From: Mobula hypostoma
Taxonomy: Eukaryota
Assembly (NCBI RefSeq): GCF_963921235.1
Contig: NC_086097.1
Coordinates: 246,328,001-246,392,000 of the forward strand
DNA: 64,000 nucleotides
Direction: 5' to 3'
Part shown: positions 53,051 through 64,000 of the stretch, piece by piece
Layout: every line of letters starts with the position of its first letter
How positions within the stretch are numbered: the stretch's first letter is position 1
Program-made: the position numbers and the translations under genes
The notes under the pieces: model-generated
What the model was told of the DNA's origin: nothing
Seen by the model: the letters and a program-made list of their open reading frames with translations, nothing else
The model's database searches: none

Positions 53051-53888
53051 ATAAGCGGAACAAGTGCTACACATGCCCTTACACTTCCTCCCTTACCACC
53101 ATTCAGGGCCCCAGACAGTCCTTCCAGGTGAGGCGACACTTCACCTGTGAGTCGGCTGGGGTGATATACTGCGTCCGGTGCTCCCGATGTGGCCTTCTAT
53201 ATACTGGCGAGACCCGACGCAGACTGGGAGATCGTTTCGCTGAACAACTACGCTCTGTCCGCCAGAGAAAGCAAGGTCTCCCAGTGGCCACACATTTTAA
53301 TTCCACATCCCATTCCCATTCCCATTCTGATATGTCTATCCACGGCCTCCTCTACTGTAAAGATGAAACCACACTCAGGTTGGAGGAACAACACCTTATA
53401 TTCCGTCTGGGTAGCCTCCAACCTGATGGCATGAACATTGACCTCTAACTTCCGCTAATGCCCCACCTCCCCCTCATACCCCATCCGTTATTTCTTTTTA
53501 TACACACATTCTTTTTCTCTCTCTCCTTTTTCTCCCTCTGTCCCTCTCACTATACCCCTTGCCCATCCTCTGGTTTTTCCCCCCTCCCGCTTTTCTTTCT
53601 CCCTGGGCCTCCTGTCCCATGATCTTCTCATATCCCTTTTGCAATCAACTGTCCAGCTCTTGGCTCCAACCCTCCCTCTCCTGTCTTCTCCTATCATTTC
53701 GGATCTCCCCCTCCCTGTCCCACTTTCAAATCTCTTACTAGCTCTTCTTTCAGTTAGTCCTGACGAAGGGTCTCAGCCCGAACCGTCGACTATACCTCTT
53801 CCTAGAGATGCTGCCTGGCCTGCTGCGTTCACCAGCAACTTTTATGTGTGTTGCTTGAAACTCCATCATCTGCAGATTTGCTCGTGTT
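53051..53888 (+). mobile_element. Penelope-like 3' fragment with open GIY-YIG ORF
   Basis: 53128..53448 VIYCVRCSRCGLLYTGETRRRLGDRFAE...LEEQHLIFRLGSLQPDGMN. Confidence 0.9.
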
Positions 53889-55134
53889 TGAGGTATCTAA
53901 AATACCCCTGTTTGGGGCTGAAGGCCGTTTTGAGAGGAGCAATGAGGGTGACGAGACTGGCCCCGCAACTCCAGCTCGACTCCCTGCAGGCACAGTGGCC
54001 CCTGAGCTGTCAAACAGCACCAAGCCTGCATCTGATCCCTTACTGAACAGATGATTTGGATCTTCAGCTTCTTGCAGGGGTATTAAAAATCACATTGGGA
54101 TTTACAGTGCATATTTCATAGCTTGCGGTCATTTTAGGACATGACAGCCAAGTAATAAATGAAGTAATGGTGTGCCTTGTCATACGGACAATGACTTCCA
54201 GGTTGAAAACAAAAGAATTAGGCAGTCTGTACACCAGTGGGGTGACACAGTAGCGTAGTGGTACCATAGTGCCAAAGTTCAAAGTAAGTTTTATTATCAG
54301 AGTATTGCACATACATGTCACCGCATGAGATTCTTTTTCCTGCGGGCATACTCGGCAAATCTACAGATCAGTAACTGTAAAATGATCAATGAGCAACAAA
54401 CTGTGCAAATGCAAAAATAAGTAAATTACAATAAATAACGAGCATGATATAAGATAAAGAGTCCTCAGTGTGAGATCATTTGCTGTGGGAACATCTCAAT
54501 AGATGTGTTGATATCCATGTGACCACGTGGGTTTCCTCTGGGTGCTCAATTTGCCTCCCACATTCTAAAGACAAATGGGTGAGTTGATTAATTGATCACA
54601 TGGGTGCAGCTATATTTCATTAGCAGTTGGAGGAGATCTGGTATGTCATGCAAATTTCTATAGATGTACTGTGGAAAGCGTGCAGACTGGTTGCAACACC
54701 GTCTGGTATGGAGGCGCCAATGACCAGGAAGGGCCAATGGACCGAATTGGAAAAAAGTTGCAGAAGGTTATAAACTCAACCAGCTCCATCATGAGCACCA
54801 ACCTCCCGGCCATCGAGGACATGTGCAAAAGGTGATGCCTGAAGAAGGTGGCATTGATCACTGGGGGACCCTCTCCTCCCAGGATATGCCCTCTTCTCAG
54901 TATTACCATCAGTGAGGAGTTACAGGAGCCTGAAGATAGACACTAATTATTATAGAAACAGCTTCTTCATCTCCACCATGAGGTTTCTGAATGGACCATG
55001 CACTCATGAACATGACCTCACTATCTTCCTCTCTTTGTGCACCATTTATTTACATTTTTATGTACAGTATCTTATAATAATTTTTTATGCATTGCACTGT
55101 CCAGCTGTCACAAAGCAACAAATTTCACAACATC

Positions 55135-55665
55135 ATAGTCATAGTCAGCTACAGTTGCCCCAACCAAGAATAGAGTATAAATATAGCAATATAAAACCAT
55201 AAATAATTAAATAGTAATATGTAAATTATGCCAGGAAATAAGTCCAAGACCAGCCTATTGACTCAGGGTGTCTGACCCTCCAAGGGAGGAGTTGTAAAGT
55301 TTGATGGCCACAGGCAGGAATGACTTCCTATGACGCTCTGTGTTGCATCTCAGTGGAATGAGTCTCTGGCTGAATGTACTCCTGTGCCCAACCAGTACAT
55401 TATGTAGTGGATGGGAGACATTGTCCAAGATGGCATGCAACTTGGACAGCATCCTCTTTTCAGACACCACCGCCAGAGAGTCCAGTTCCATCCCCACAAC
55501 ATCACCGGCCTTACCAATGAGATTGTTGATTCTGTTGGTGTCTGCTACCCTCAGCCTGCTGCCCCAGCACACAACAGCAAACATGATAGCACCGGCCACC
55601 ACAGACTCATAGAACATCCTCAGCATCATCCGACAGATGTTAAAGGACCTCAGTCTCCTCATGAA
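55135..55665 (-). mobile_element. Rex1/Babar 3' fragment, well preserved
   Basis: ORF 55255..55662 LRMFYESVVAGAIMFAVVCWG...HPLH...RHRKSFLPVAIKLYN. Confidence 0.85.
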
Positions 55666-56071
55666 ATAGATATGTCAGTGATAATACGTGTGATTCTGAT
55701 ATTAAGAAAACCAAAGAAATTCTTCAAAAGATCAGAATAATTCCAGTACAATATGCAATTAGACCATAAGACATAGGAGCAGAATTAGGCCATTTGGCTC
55801 ATCGAGTCTACTCTGCCATTCAATCATGGCTGACACTTTTTCCCCTCCTCAGCCCCCATACCCCGGCCTTCTCCCCATAACCGTTGATGCCGTGTCCAAT
55901 CAAACTCTGCCTTAAATACACCCAACGACCTGGCCTTCACAGCTGCCTGTGGTAATTAATTCCACAAATTCACCACCTCTGGCTAAAGAAATTTCCCTGC
56001 ATCTGTTTTTAGTAGACACTCCTCTATCCTAGTCTATGCCCTTGTCCTAGACTACCACACCATGGGAAACA

Positions 56072-57789
56072 CAAGGAAATCTGCAGATGCTGGAAATTCA
56101 AGCAACACACCCAAAAAATGCTGGTGAACGCAGCAGGCCAGGCAGCATCTCTAGGAAGAGGTACAGTCGATGTTTCGGGCCGAGACCCTTCGTCAGGACT
56201 AACTGAAAGAAGGGATAGTAAGAGATTTGAAAGTGGGAGGGGGAGGGGGAGATCCGAAATGATAGGAGAAGACAGGAGGGGAGGGGTGGATCTAAGAGCT
56301 GGAAAGTTGATTGGCAAAAGGGATACAAGGCTGGAGAAGGGAGAGGATCATGGGACAGGAAGCCTAGGGAGAAAGATGGGGGGGAAAGCCCAGAGGATGG
56401 GCAAGGAGTTATAGTGAGAGGGACAGAGGGAGAAAGAAGAGAGGGAAAAAAGGGAAAATAAATATAAATAAATAAATAAAGAAGGGATGGGGTACTAAGA
56501 GGAGGTGGGGCATTAACATAAGTTAGAGAAGTCAATGTTCATGCCATCAGGTTGGAGGCTACCCAGATGGAATATAAGGTGTTGTTCCTCCAACCTGAGT
56601 GTGGCTTTATCTTTACAGTAGAGGAGGCCGTGGATAGACATATCAGAATGGGAATGGGACGTGGAATTAAAATATGTGGCCACTGGGAGATCCTGCTTTC
56701 TCTGGTGGATAGAGCGTAGGCGTTCAGCGAAACGGTCTCCCAGCCTGCGTCGGGTCTCACCAATATATAGAAGGCTGCATCGGGAGCACCGGACACAGTA
56801 TATCACCCCAGCCAACTCACAGGTGAAGTGTCACCTCACCTGGAAGGACTGTCTGGGGCCTTGAATGGTGGTAAAGGAGGAAGTGTAAGGGCATGTGTAG
56901 CACTTGTTCCGCTTACAAGGATAAGTGCCGGGAGGGAGATCGGTGGGAAGGGATTGGAGGGGTAAGAATAGACAAGGGAGTTGCGTAGGGAGCGATCCCT
57001 GCAGAAAACAGAGAGGGGGGAGAGGGAAAGATGTGCTTAGTGGTGGGATCCCGTTGGAGGTGGCAGCAGTTACGGAGAACTATATGTTGGACCCGGAGGC
57101 TGGTGGGGTGGTAGGTGAGGACCAGGGGAACCCTATTCCTAGCGGGGTGGCGGGAGGATGGGGTGAGAGCAGATGTGCGTAAAATGGGAGAGATGCATTT
57201 GAGAGCAGAGCTGATGCTGGAGGAAGGGAAGCCCCTTTCTCTAAAAAAGGAGGACATCTCCTTCATCTGGAATGAAAAGCCTCATCCTGAGAGCAGATGC
57301 GGCAGAGACGGAGGAATCGTGAGAAGGGGATGGCAGTTTTGCAAGAGACACAGTGGGAAGAGGAATAGTCCAGGTAGCTATGAGAGTCCATAGGCTTATA
57401 GTAGACATCAGTGGATAAGCTGTCTCCAGAGATATAGACAGAAAGATCAAGAAAGGGGAGGGAGGTGTCAGAAATGGACCAGGTAAACCTGAGGGCAGAG
57501 TGAAAGTTGGAGGCAAAGTTAAGGAAGTCAACGAGCTCAGCATGCATGCAGGAAGCAGCGCCAATGCAGTCGTTGATGTAGCGAAGGAAAAGTGGGGGAC
57601 AGATACCAGTATAGGCTTGGAACAGGGATTGTTCCACAAAGCCAACAAAAAAGCAGGCATAGCTGGGACCCATGCGGGTGCCCATGGTTACACCTTTAGT
57701 TTGGAGGAAGTGGGAGGAGCCAAAGGAGAAATTATTAAGATTAAGGACTAATTCCGATAGATGGAGGAGAGTGGTGGTAGAGGGGAACT
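56072..57789 (-). mobile_element. 5'-truncated Penelope-like element (RT C-half, GIY-YIG, pLTR)
   Basis: MGTRMGPSYAC, FLRYIND, PFLDL, VYYKP; GIY-YIG 56513..56815; GGAAACA duplicated at 56065-56071 and 57790-57796. Confidence 0.92.
56165..56200 (-). ncRNA. Minimal type I hammerhead ribozyme motif (AUC triplet)
   Basis: Minus strand AGTC-CTGACGA-AGGGTCTCGGCCC-GAAAC-ATC-GACT. Confidence 0.6.
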
Positions 57790-58329
57790 GGAAACATTCT
57801 TTCCATATCTACTCTCTCTAGGACTTCCAACATTCAAAAGATTTCAATGAGATTCCCCGCCCCCCATCCCATCCTTCTAAATTCCAGCGAGTAAAGAGCA
57901 GGAGCTATCAAACGTTTCTCAAATGATAAAACTTTAATTCCCAGAATCATCCTTGTGAACCTCCTCCAAATGCACCTTTTCTTAGATGAGGGGCCCAAAA
58001 CTGCTCACAATACTCAAGGTGAGGCCTCACCAGGGCCTTATAAAGCCTCAGCATCACATTCCTGCTCTTGTATTCTAGACCTCTTGAACTGAATGCTAAC
58101 ATTGCATTTGCCTTCCTCACCACTGACTCTACCTGCAAGTTAATCTTCTGGGTGTTCTACACAAGGACTCCCCATTTAGAAAATAGTCTACACATTTATT
58201 TCTACCTCCAAAGTGTATGACCATGCATTTTCCAACATTGTATTTCATTTGCCACTCTCTTGCTCATTCTCCTAATCATTCTAAGTCCTTCTGTAGCATA
58301 CCTGTTTCCTCAACACTACCTGCCTCTCT

Positions 58330-58641
58330 TGTGTTAACAGACAATAGACAAGTGGTTAAGGTATCAGTCTAGTGATCTGAAGGTCGTTAGTTCGAGCCTC
58401 AGCTGAGGCAGCGTATTGTGTCCTTGAGCAAGGCACTTGACCACACATTGTTCTGCGATGACATCGGTGCCAAGCTGTATCGGCCCTAGTGCCCTTCCCT
58501 TGGACAACATCGGTGGCGTGGAGAGGGGAGACTTGCAGCATGGGCAACTGCCAGTCTTCCATACAACCTTGCCCAGGCCTGCCCCCTGGAAACCTTCCAA
58601 GGTGCAAATCCATAGTCTCACAAGATTAACAGATGCCTAAA
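58330..58641 (+). mobile_element. tRNA-derived CORE-like SINE with 12-bp TSD
   Basis: Partial A box AGTGGTTAAG, B box GTTCGAGCC, CORE-like TGTGTCCTTGAGCAAGGCACTT; TSD ACCTGCCTCTCT (58318-58329, 58642-58653). Confidence 0.85.
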
Positions 58642-61009
58642 ACCTGCCTCTCTACCAATCTTCATATCATATGCAAACTTGGCAACAAAACCATCTATTC
58701 CATCATCTAAATCATTGATATACAGCTTAAAAAGAAGCGGTCCTAACACCGACCCCTGCAGAACACTAGTAGTCACTGATAGCAAACTAGAAAAGGATCC
58801 TTTTATATTTCCATTCACTGCCTCCTACCAATCAGCCAATGCTCTAACCATGCCAGTAACTTTCCTGTAATACCATGGGCTCTTAACTTGGTAAGCTGCC
58901 TCATGTGTGGTACCTTGTCAAAGGCCTTCTGAAAGTCCAAAGATACAACATCCACTGCATCCCCTTTATCTATCCTACATTTAATCTCCTCAAAGAATTC
59001 CAACAGGTTCATCAGACGAGATTTTCCCTTAATGAAACCATGCTGACTTTGTCCTTTCTTGTCCTGTGTCACTAAGTACTCTATAACCTCATCCTTAACA
59101 ACTGAATCCAACATCTTCCCAGCCACTGAGGTCCGCTATCTGATCTATAATTTCCTTTTTGCTTCCTAAGATTTTTGAAAGATCATTACTAATGCTTCCA
59201 CAATCTTTACCGCTACCTCTTTCAGAACCCTAGGGTACAGTTCATCTGGTCCAGGTGACTTATGTACCTTTAAGTAATTCAGCTTTTTGAAAACCTTCTC
59301 GTTTGTAATAGTAATTGCACACCATTCACACCCTTCAACATCTGGTACACTGCTAGTGTCTTTGACAGTGAAGACTGATGCAAAATACTCAAACAGTTCA
59401 TCTGCCATCTCCTTGGTTCCATTATTATTTCTCCGGCCTCATTTTCTAGCAGTCCTATTTCCACTCTCATCTCTTTTTTATTTTTTATATACTGGAAAAA
59501 AGCTTTTACTATCCACTTTAATATTGTTTGCTAGCTTGCTTTCATATTTCATCTTTCCCTCCTAATGATTCTTTTAGTTGTGCTCTGTAGGGTTTTAAAA
59601 GCTTCCCAATCCATTGTCTTCCCCCTAATTACTGCTTTGTTGTACGATCTCTCCTTTGCTTTTATTTGCCTTGTCTTCCCTTTTCAGCCACAGTTTGACT
59701 ATTTTGCCATTTGAGTATTTCTTTGTTTTTTTTGAATACATCTGTCCTTCACCTTCCTCATTTTTCTATCAAATTAACACAAATACTGCTCTGTTGTCAT
59801 CCCTGTCAGCATCTCCTTCCAATTTACTTTGGCCAACTCCTCTCTCATACCACTGTAAATTCCTTTACTCCATGGAAATACTGCTACGTCAGACTTTACA
59901 TTCTCCCTATCAAATTTCAGTTTGAACTCAATCATATTGTGATTACTGTCTCCTAAGGGCACTTTTACCTTAAACTCCCTAATCACTTCTGGTTCATTAT
60001 ATAACACACAAAACCAGTATAGCTGATATCCTAGTAGGCTCATTGACAAACTGCTCTAAAAAGCCATCTCGTAGGCATTCAACAAACCCACTGTCTTGAG
60101 ATCCATTTGCAACCTGATTTTCCCAATTGACCTGCATGCTAAAATCTCCCATTTTGACATGCCTTTTCTATTTCCTGTTGTAATCCGTGGTCCACATCCC
60201 AGCTACTGTTGGGAGGCCTGCCTTCAGTGGTCCTTTTACCTTTGCAGTTTCTTAGTGCAACCCACAAGGATTCAACGTCTTCTGATCCTATGTCACATCT
60301 TTCTACTGATTTGATTGCCATTTTTTACCAGCAGAGCCACGCCACCCCCTCTGTCTACCTTCTTATCCCTCTGAAACAATGTGTAACCTTGGACATTCAG
60401 CTCCCAACTACAACCACCCTTCAGCCACGATTAAGTGATGGCCACAACATCCTACCCAACAATCTGTAAAAGTGCAACAAGATCATCTACCTTATTTCAT
60501 ATACTCCGTGCATTCAGGTATAACACCTTGAGTGCTGCATTTGTTACCCTTTTTGATTCTGCATTGCTAATGCACTGTAACCCACCCTGCTGGCTGCAAT
60601 TATGTCCTATCACCTGCCTGCCTTTCTTGTAGTCTGACTGCACACTCTTTGCTTTTTTATTATAAAAGCATCCTGAGTCCCTTCACTCCAGTTCCCACCC
60701 CCCTCCCAAATTAGTTTTAACCCTCCCAACAGCTCAAACAAACCTACCCGTGAGAATATTGGTCCCCCTCGGGTTCAGGTACAACCTGTCACTTTTGAAC
60801 AGGCCATACCGCCCCCGCCCCAGAAGAGATCCCAACGATCCAAGAACCTAAAGCCCTGCCCCCTGCACCAGCTTCTCAGCCACGCATTAGTCTGCCAAAT
60901 CTTTCTGTTTCTACCCTCACTGGGGTGTGGCGCAGACAGCAATCCAGGAATTACTACCCAGGAGGTCCTGCTTCTCAGCTTTCTACCTAGCTCTCCAAAT
61001 TCTCTTTTA

Positions 61010-61478
61010 GATAGATAGATAGATAGATATACTTTATTGATCCTGAGGGAAATTGGGTTTCGTTACAGCTGCACCAACCAAGAGTAGAGCATAAATATAG
61101 CAAAACAAAAACCACAAACAATCAAACAACAATATGCAAACTATGCCAGATGGAAATAAGTCCAGGACCAGCCTATTGGCTCAGGGTGTCTGACCCTCCA
61201 TGGGAGGAGCTGCAAAGTTCGATGGCCACAGGCAGGAACGACCTCCCGTGACGCCCAGTGTTGTATCTCGGTGGAATATGGCCGGAGTCCAACAGCAAAA
61301 AGTTCAATATCTGGTCTACAAACACGTTCCTCGATCGTAATATGACCAGAATTGCACCATCCGTTGTTAACCAGAACAGCAAGTCCCCAACTCCTTTACG
61401 CTTACCGCTCTCAGTGCACTTCCAGTCAGCCCGAACGGTCTGGAAGCCCTCCACGGAAAAGTTTTGATCGGGTATGTC
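61010..61478 (-). mobile_element. Internally deleted Rex1/Babar derivative with (TATC)n tail
   Basis: APE N-terminal piece (GFQTVRAD..ESGKRKG) joined directly to the 3' end RHGRSFLPVAI..GGSDTLSQ shared with 55255..55662. Confidence 0.8.
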
Positions 61479-62280
61479 GGGTACCTTTTTGCTTTTACTT
61501 CCTATGTCATCGGTACCAACATGTACCAAGTCATCTGACTGCTCTACCTTCCTCTCCAAAATGCTGTGGATGCGATCTGAGACGCCTCTGACCCTGGCAC
61601 CTTGGAGACAAGATACCATTCAGGTGTCCCATTCACACCCACAGAATCTCCTGTCTGTTCCCCTGACTACTGAGTTCCCTATCACTACCACTCCCCTCTT
61701 CTGCCTCTCTCCCTTCTGCACCACAGACCCATGCTCAGAGCCAGTAACCCGGTCTCCATGGCATTGCCCTGGGAGCTCATCCCCCACTGCAGATTCTAAA
61801 AAGGTATACTTTTTATTGAGTGGAATGGCCACAGGGGTGCTCTGCTCTAACTGCCTATTCACATTTCCATTTCTCCTGATAGTCAATGCACTAGTTGCCT
61901 CCTGCAACTTTGGGACGACTACTCCCCTTAACTCTGATCGATCTTCTCCTCACTCTCCTGTGCAAGCCGGACATCATCCAGCTGCTGCTCCAGATCCCTA
62001 ACACGGTCTCAAGGAACTGCAACTGAATGCACTTGACACAAATGTAGTTCCCTGGAAGACCCTGGGTCTCCCAGGACTCCAACATCCGGCATGAAGAACA
62101 TACAATCGCCATTTATTACACTAGGTACAGTCAGAGAAAACAAAATATGGAACCTAACAGAAACCTACCAATGGTTATTGCGAACAAACAGGAATTCTGC
62201 AGATGCTGGAAATTCAAGTAACACACATCAAAGTTGCTGGTGAACGCAGCAGGCCAGGCAGCATCTGTAGGAAGAGGTGC

Positions 62281-62316
62281 AGTCGACGTTTCAGGCCGAG
62301 ACCCTTCGTCAGGACT
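62281..62316 (-). ncRNA. Minimal type I hammerhead ribozyme motif
   Basis: Exact reverse complement of 62342-62377. Confidence 0.75.
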
Positions 62317-62341
62317 AACTGAAGGAAGAGTTCCTTCAGTT

Positions 62342-62377
62342 AGTCCTGACGAAGGGTCTCGGCCTGAAACGTCGACT
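62342..62377 (+). ncRNA. Minimal type I hammerhead ribozyme motif
   Basis: AGTC-CTGACGA-AGGGTCTCGGCCT-GAAAC-GTC-GACT: intact core, stem I AGTC/GACT, stem II AGG/CCT, palindromic ACGT in place of helix III; predicted cut after 62373. Confidence 0.75.
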
Positions 62378-63090
62378 GCACCTCTTCCTACAGATGCTGC
62401 CTGGCCTGCTGCGTTCACCAGCAACTTTGAAATGGTTATTGCGAGCCTAAGCCTCCTTTGAGCCAAAGCCTGACACTTTTACTCTCACCACTGGCTTACT
62501 CCCAACAACAGCTTGTCCCTTCTAATTTTGGGCTGGGAATCCATTGGCCATATTTCCAAAGTTTTCATTAGCAAAGTAGTGCCAATTCCAATTTCAGACA
62601 ACATTTTGCATACATTGAATTCAGAAATTGTACATGATATGATTAACTTTAGGTTAGTTGTTTTGAAGCATTAATTGCACTTTGAAATTAATATAATCCA
62701 AGCTTAAAACAGAGAACATAGAATGAATAAACTCTTCTTGGGTTTCCATCCGTGTACAGATATTGATTTTAACCAACGTTCTGATGACAAACTCTAGGAA
62801 AGCACTAGACCCTTTTTCAGAGAAAATAGAACATTGCAACACAGTACAGGCCCTTCAGCCCAAAATGTTGTGCTGACCATTTAAGGTACTCCAACATCAA
62901 TCTAACTCTTCCTTCCCACATAGCCTCCCTTTTTCTAACAACCAAGCGCCTATCCAAGAGTTTCTTAAACATCCCTAATATATCTGCCTCTACCATCACC
63001 CCCAGCAGGACGTTCCACGCACCCACAAATCTCTGTGTAAAAAAATTACCTCTGACATCCCCTCTATGCTTTCCTCCAATTATCTTCAAG

Positions 63091-63170
63091 CAATGGTTCC
63101 CAACCTGGGGTCCATGGATCCCTTGGTTGATTGCAGCGGTCCATGGCATTAAAAAGGTTGGGAACCCCTG
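63091..63170. mobile_element. 80-bp hAT(Charlie)-like MITE inside a CR1 3' fragment
   Basis: TIRs CAATGGTTCCCAACC / GGTTGGGAACCCCTG; 8-bp TSD TCTTCAAG / TCTTAAAG (7 of 8). Confidence 0.8.
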
Positions 63171-64000
63171 TCTTAAAGGTAATGACCCCTTGTATTAGCA
63201 ATTATTTGAAAATTAATTATTATATTATGTAATCTGACTCTGAATGTTACAGACTCTAATCAACAGGGGGCACAGACATGTTGTGCCTACTTTGGATCCC
63301 ACAGTGATATCACTCCACCTGATACACCCATGAGAATGAAACAAGAAACAACTGCTAAAACAGGATTGTACTGACAAAGAGATTCCACAAAAATGTTAAC
63401 CGGCCTTTTCCCTTTCAGATGCTGATGGGCCTGCTGTGTATTTCTGCTTTTACTAATATCATAAACAAGATGCCTTTAATGTTTCAATGGATTTCAATTA
63501 TAGGTGAGATACTGAAATATATGGAAGGTGGGGGTCCAGGTGTGTGGGGACAACTAAAGCCAATAGAATTTAATTACAGTGGTTCAAAATCTATATGTGA
63601 CTGCATTACCTAGTGTTGTTACTAAGATTTGTTGATGCACTTCTGTAGTCAACAGTCATTGTTCTGTGGCAATTAAATATCTCGCAGTTAAATACCAACC
63701 ACATTACCTATCCCCTCTGAGGACATAAAACCAAGGAGGCCTGGGAGACCTTAACAGTATCTTCAAAAAATGCATCTAGGTGGTCTCTTCATAATTAACT
63801 CATAAAGTTGCTTGTACTTGATGGCATTAATATCGATTTCTCCTTCCAGTGGACAATTCCTCCTCTCCCCATTCCCAACTCGGGCCTTTCACTTCTTCTC
63901 ACCTGCCTTTTACTTCCCCCTGGTGCCCCTCCTCCTTCCCTTTCTCCTATGGTCCACTCTCCTCTTCCTTCCTCTTTAGCCCTTTACCTTTCCCACCCAC

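Larger units (their letters stand above)
62184..62430. mobile_element. PLE-derived foldback insertion with 14-bp TSD
   Basis: Perfect 100-bp arms 62228-62327 / 62331-62430, loop GAG; TSD AATGGTTATTGCGA (62170-62183, 62431-62444). Confidence 0.9.
55760..62520 (-). mobile_element. Near full-length decayed CR1 LINE hosting four younger insertions
   Basis: 3' tail at 55760; RT 58618..59126; esterase ORF1 61620..61907 (VIGNSVVRG); zinc finger CSSC..CVKC 61891..62112. Confidence 0.85.

Noticed and set aside
62131..62466. Mirror ORFs with the same peptide on both strands
   Set aside because: Trivial consequence of the DNA palindrome
1..64000. CRISPR arrays, prokaryotic operons, rRNA genes
   Set aside because: No repeat-spacer arrays, operon-like gene density or rRNA motifs; short tandem units are LINE tails or microsatellites

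Overview
Eukaryotic, repeat-saturated intergenic or intronic DNA, most likely from a cartilaginous fish (shark or ray). This is inferred from the repeat mix: CR1/HER1-type LINEs with an esterase ORF1, HE1/V-SINE-like SINEs, Rex1/Babar, Penelope-like elements (PLEs), RTE and HERO fragments. No intact host gene can be supported; the ORF-track entries I could recognise are transposon debris. Highlights: (1) a 3.05-kb TIR-bounded, internally deleted Academ(X)-type DNA transposon (14181-17232) encoding a decayed transposase tail, XPG/PIN nuclease and Cys finger; (2) minimal type I hammerhead ribozyme motifs in PLE termini, including a perfect 100-bp-arm palindrome with a 14-bp TSD that carries two intact cores in opposite orientation (62184-62430); (3) a U_UUA_AAC-stop heptamer at the ORF1/ORF2 junction of distinct CR1 families, suggesting -1 frameshifting; (4) several non-autonomous retroelement families and tRNA SINEs with clean TSDs; (5) deep nesting of insertions. 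Boundaries without TIR/TSD evidence are approximate (tens of bp), and all family assignments come from motif recognition, not database search.
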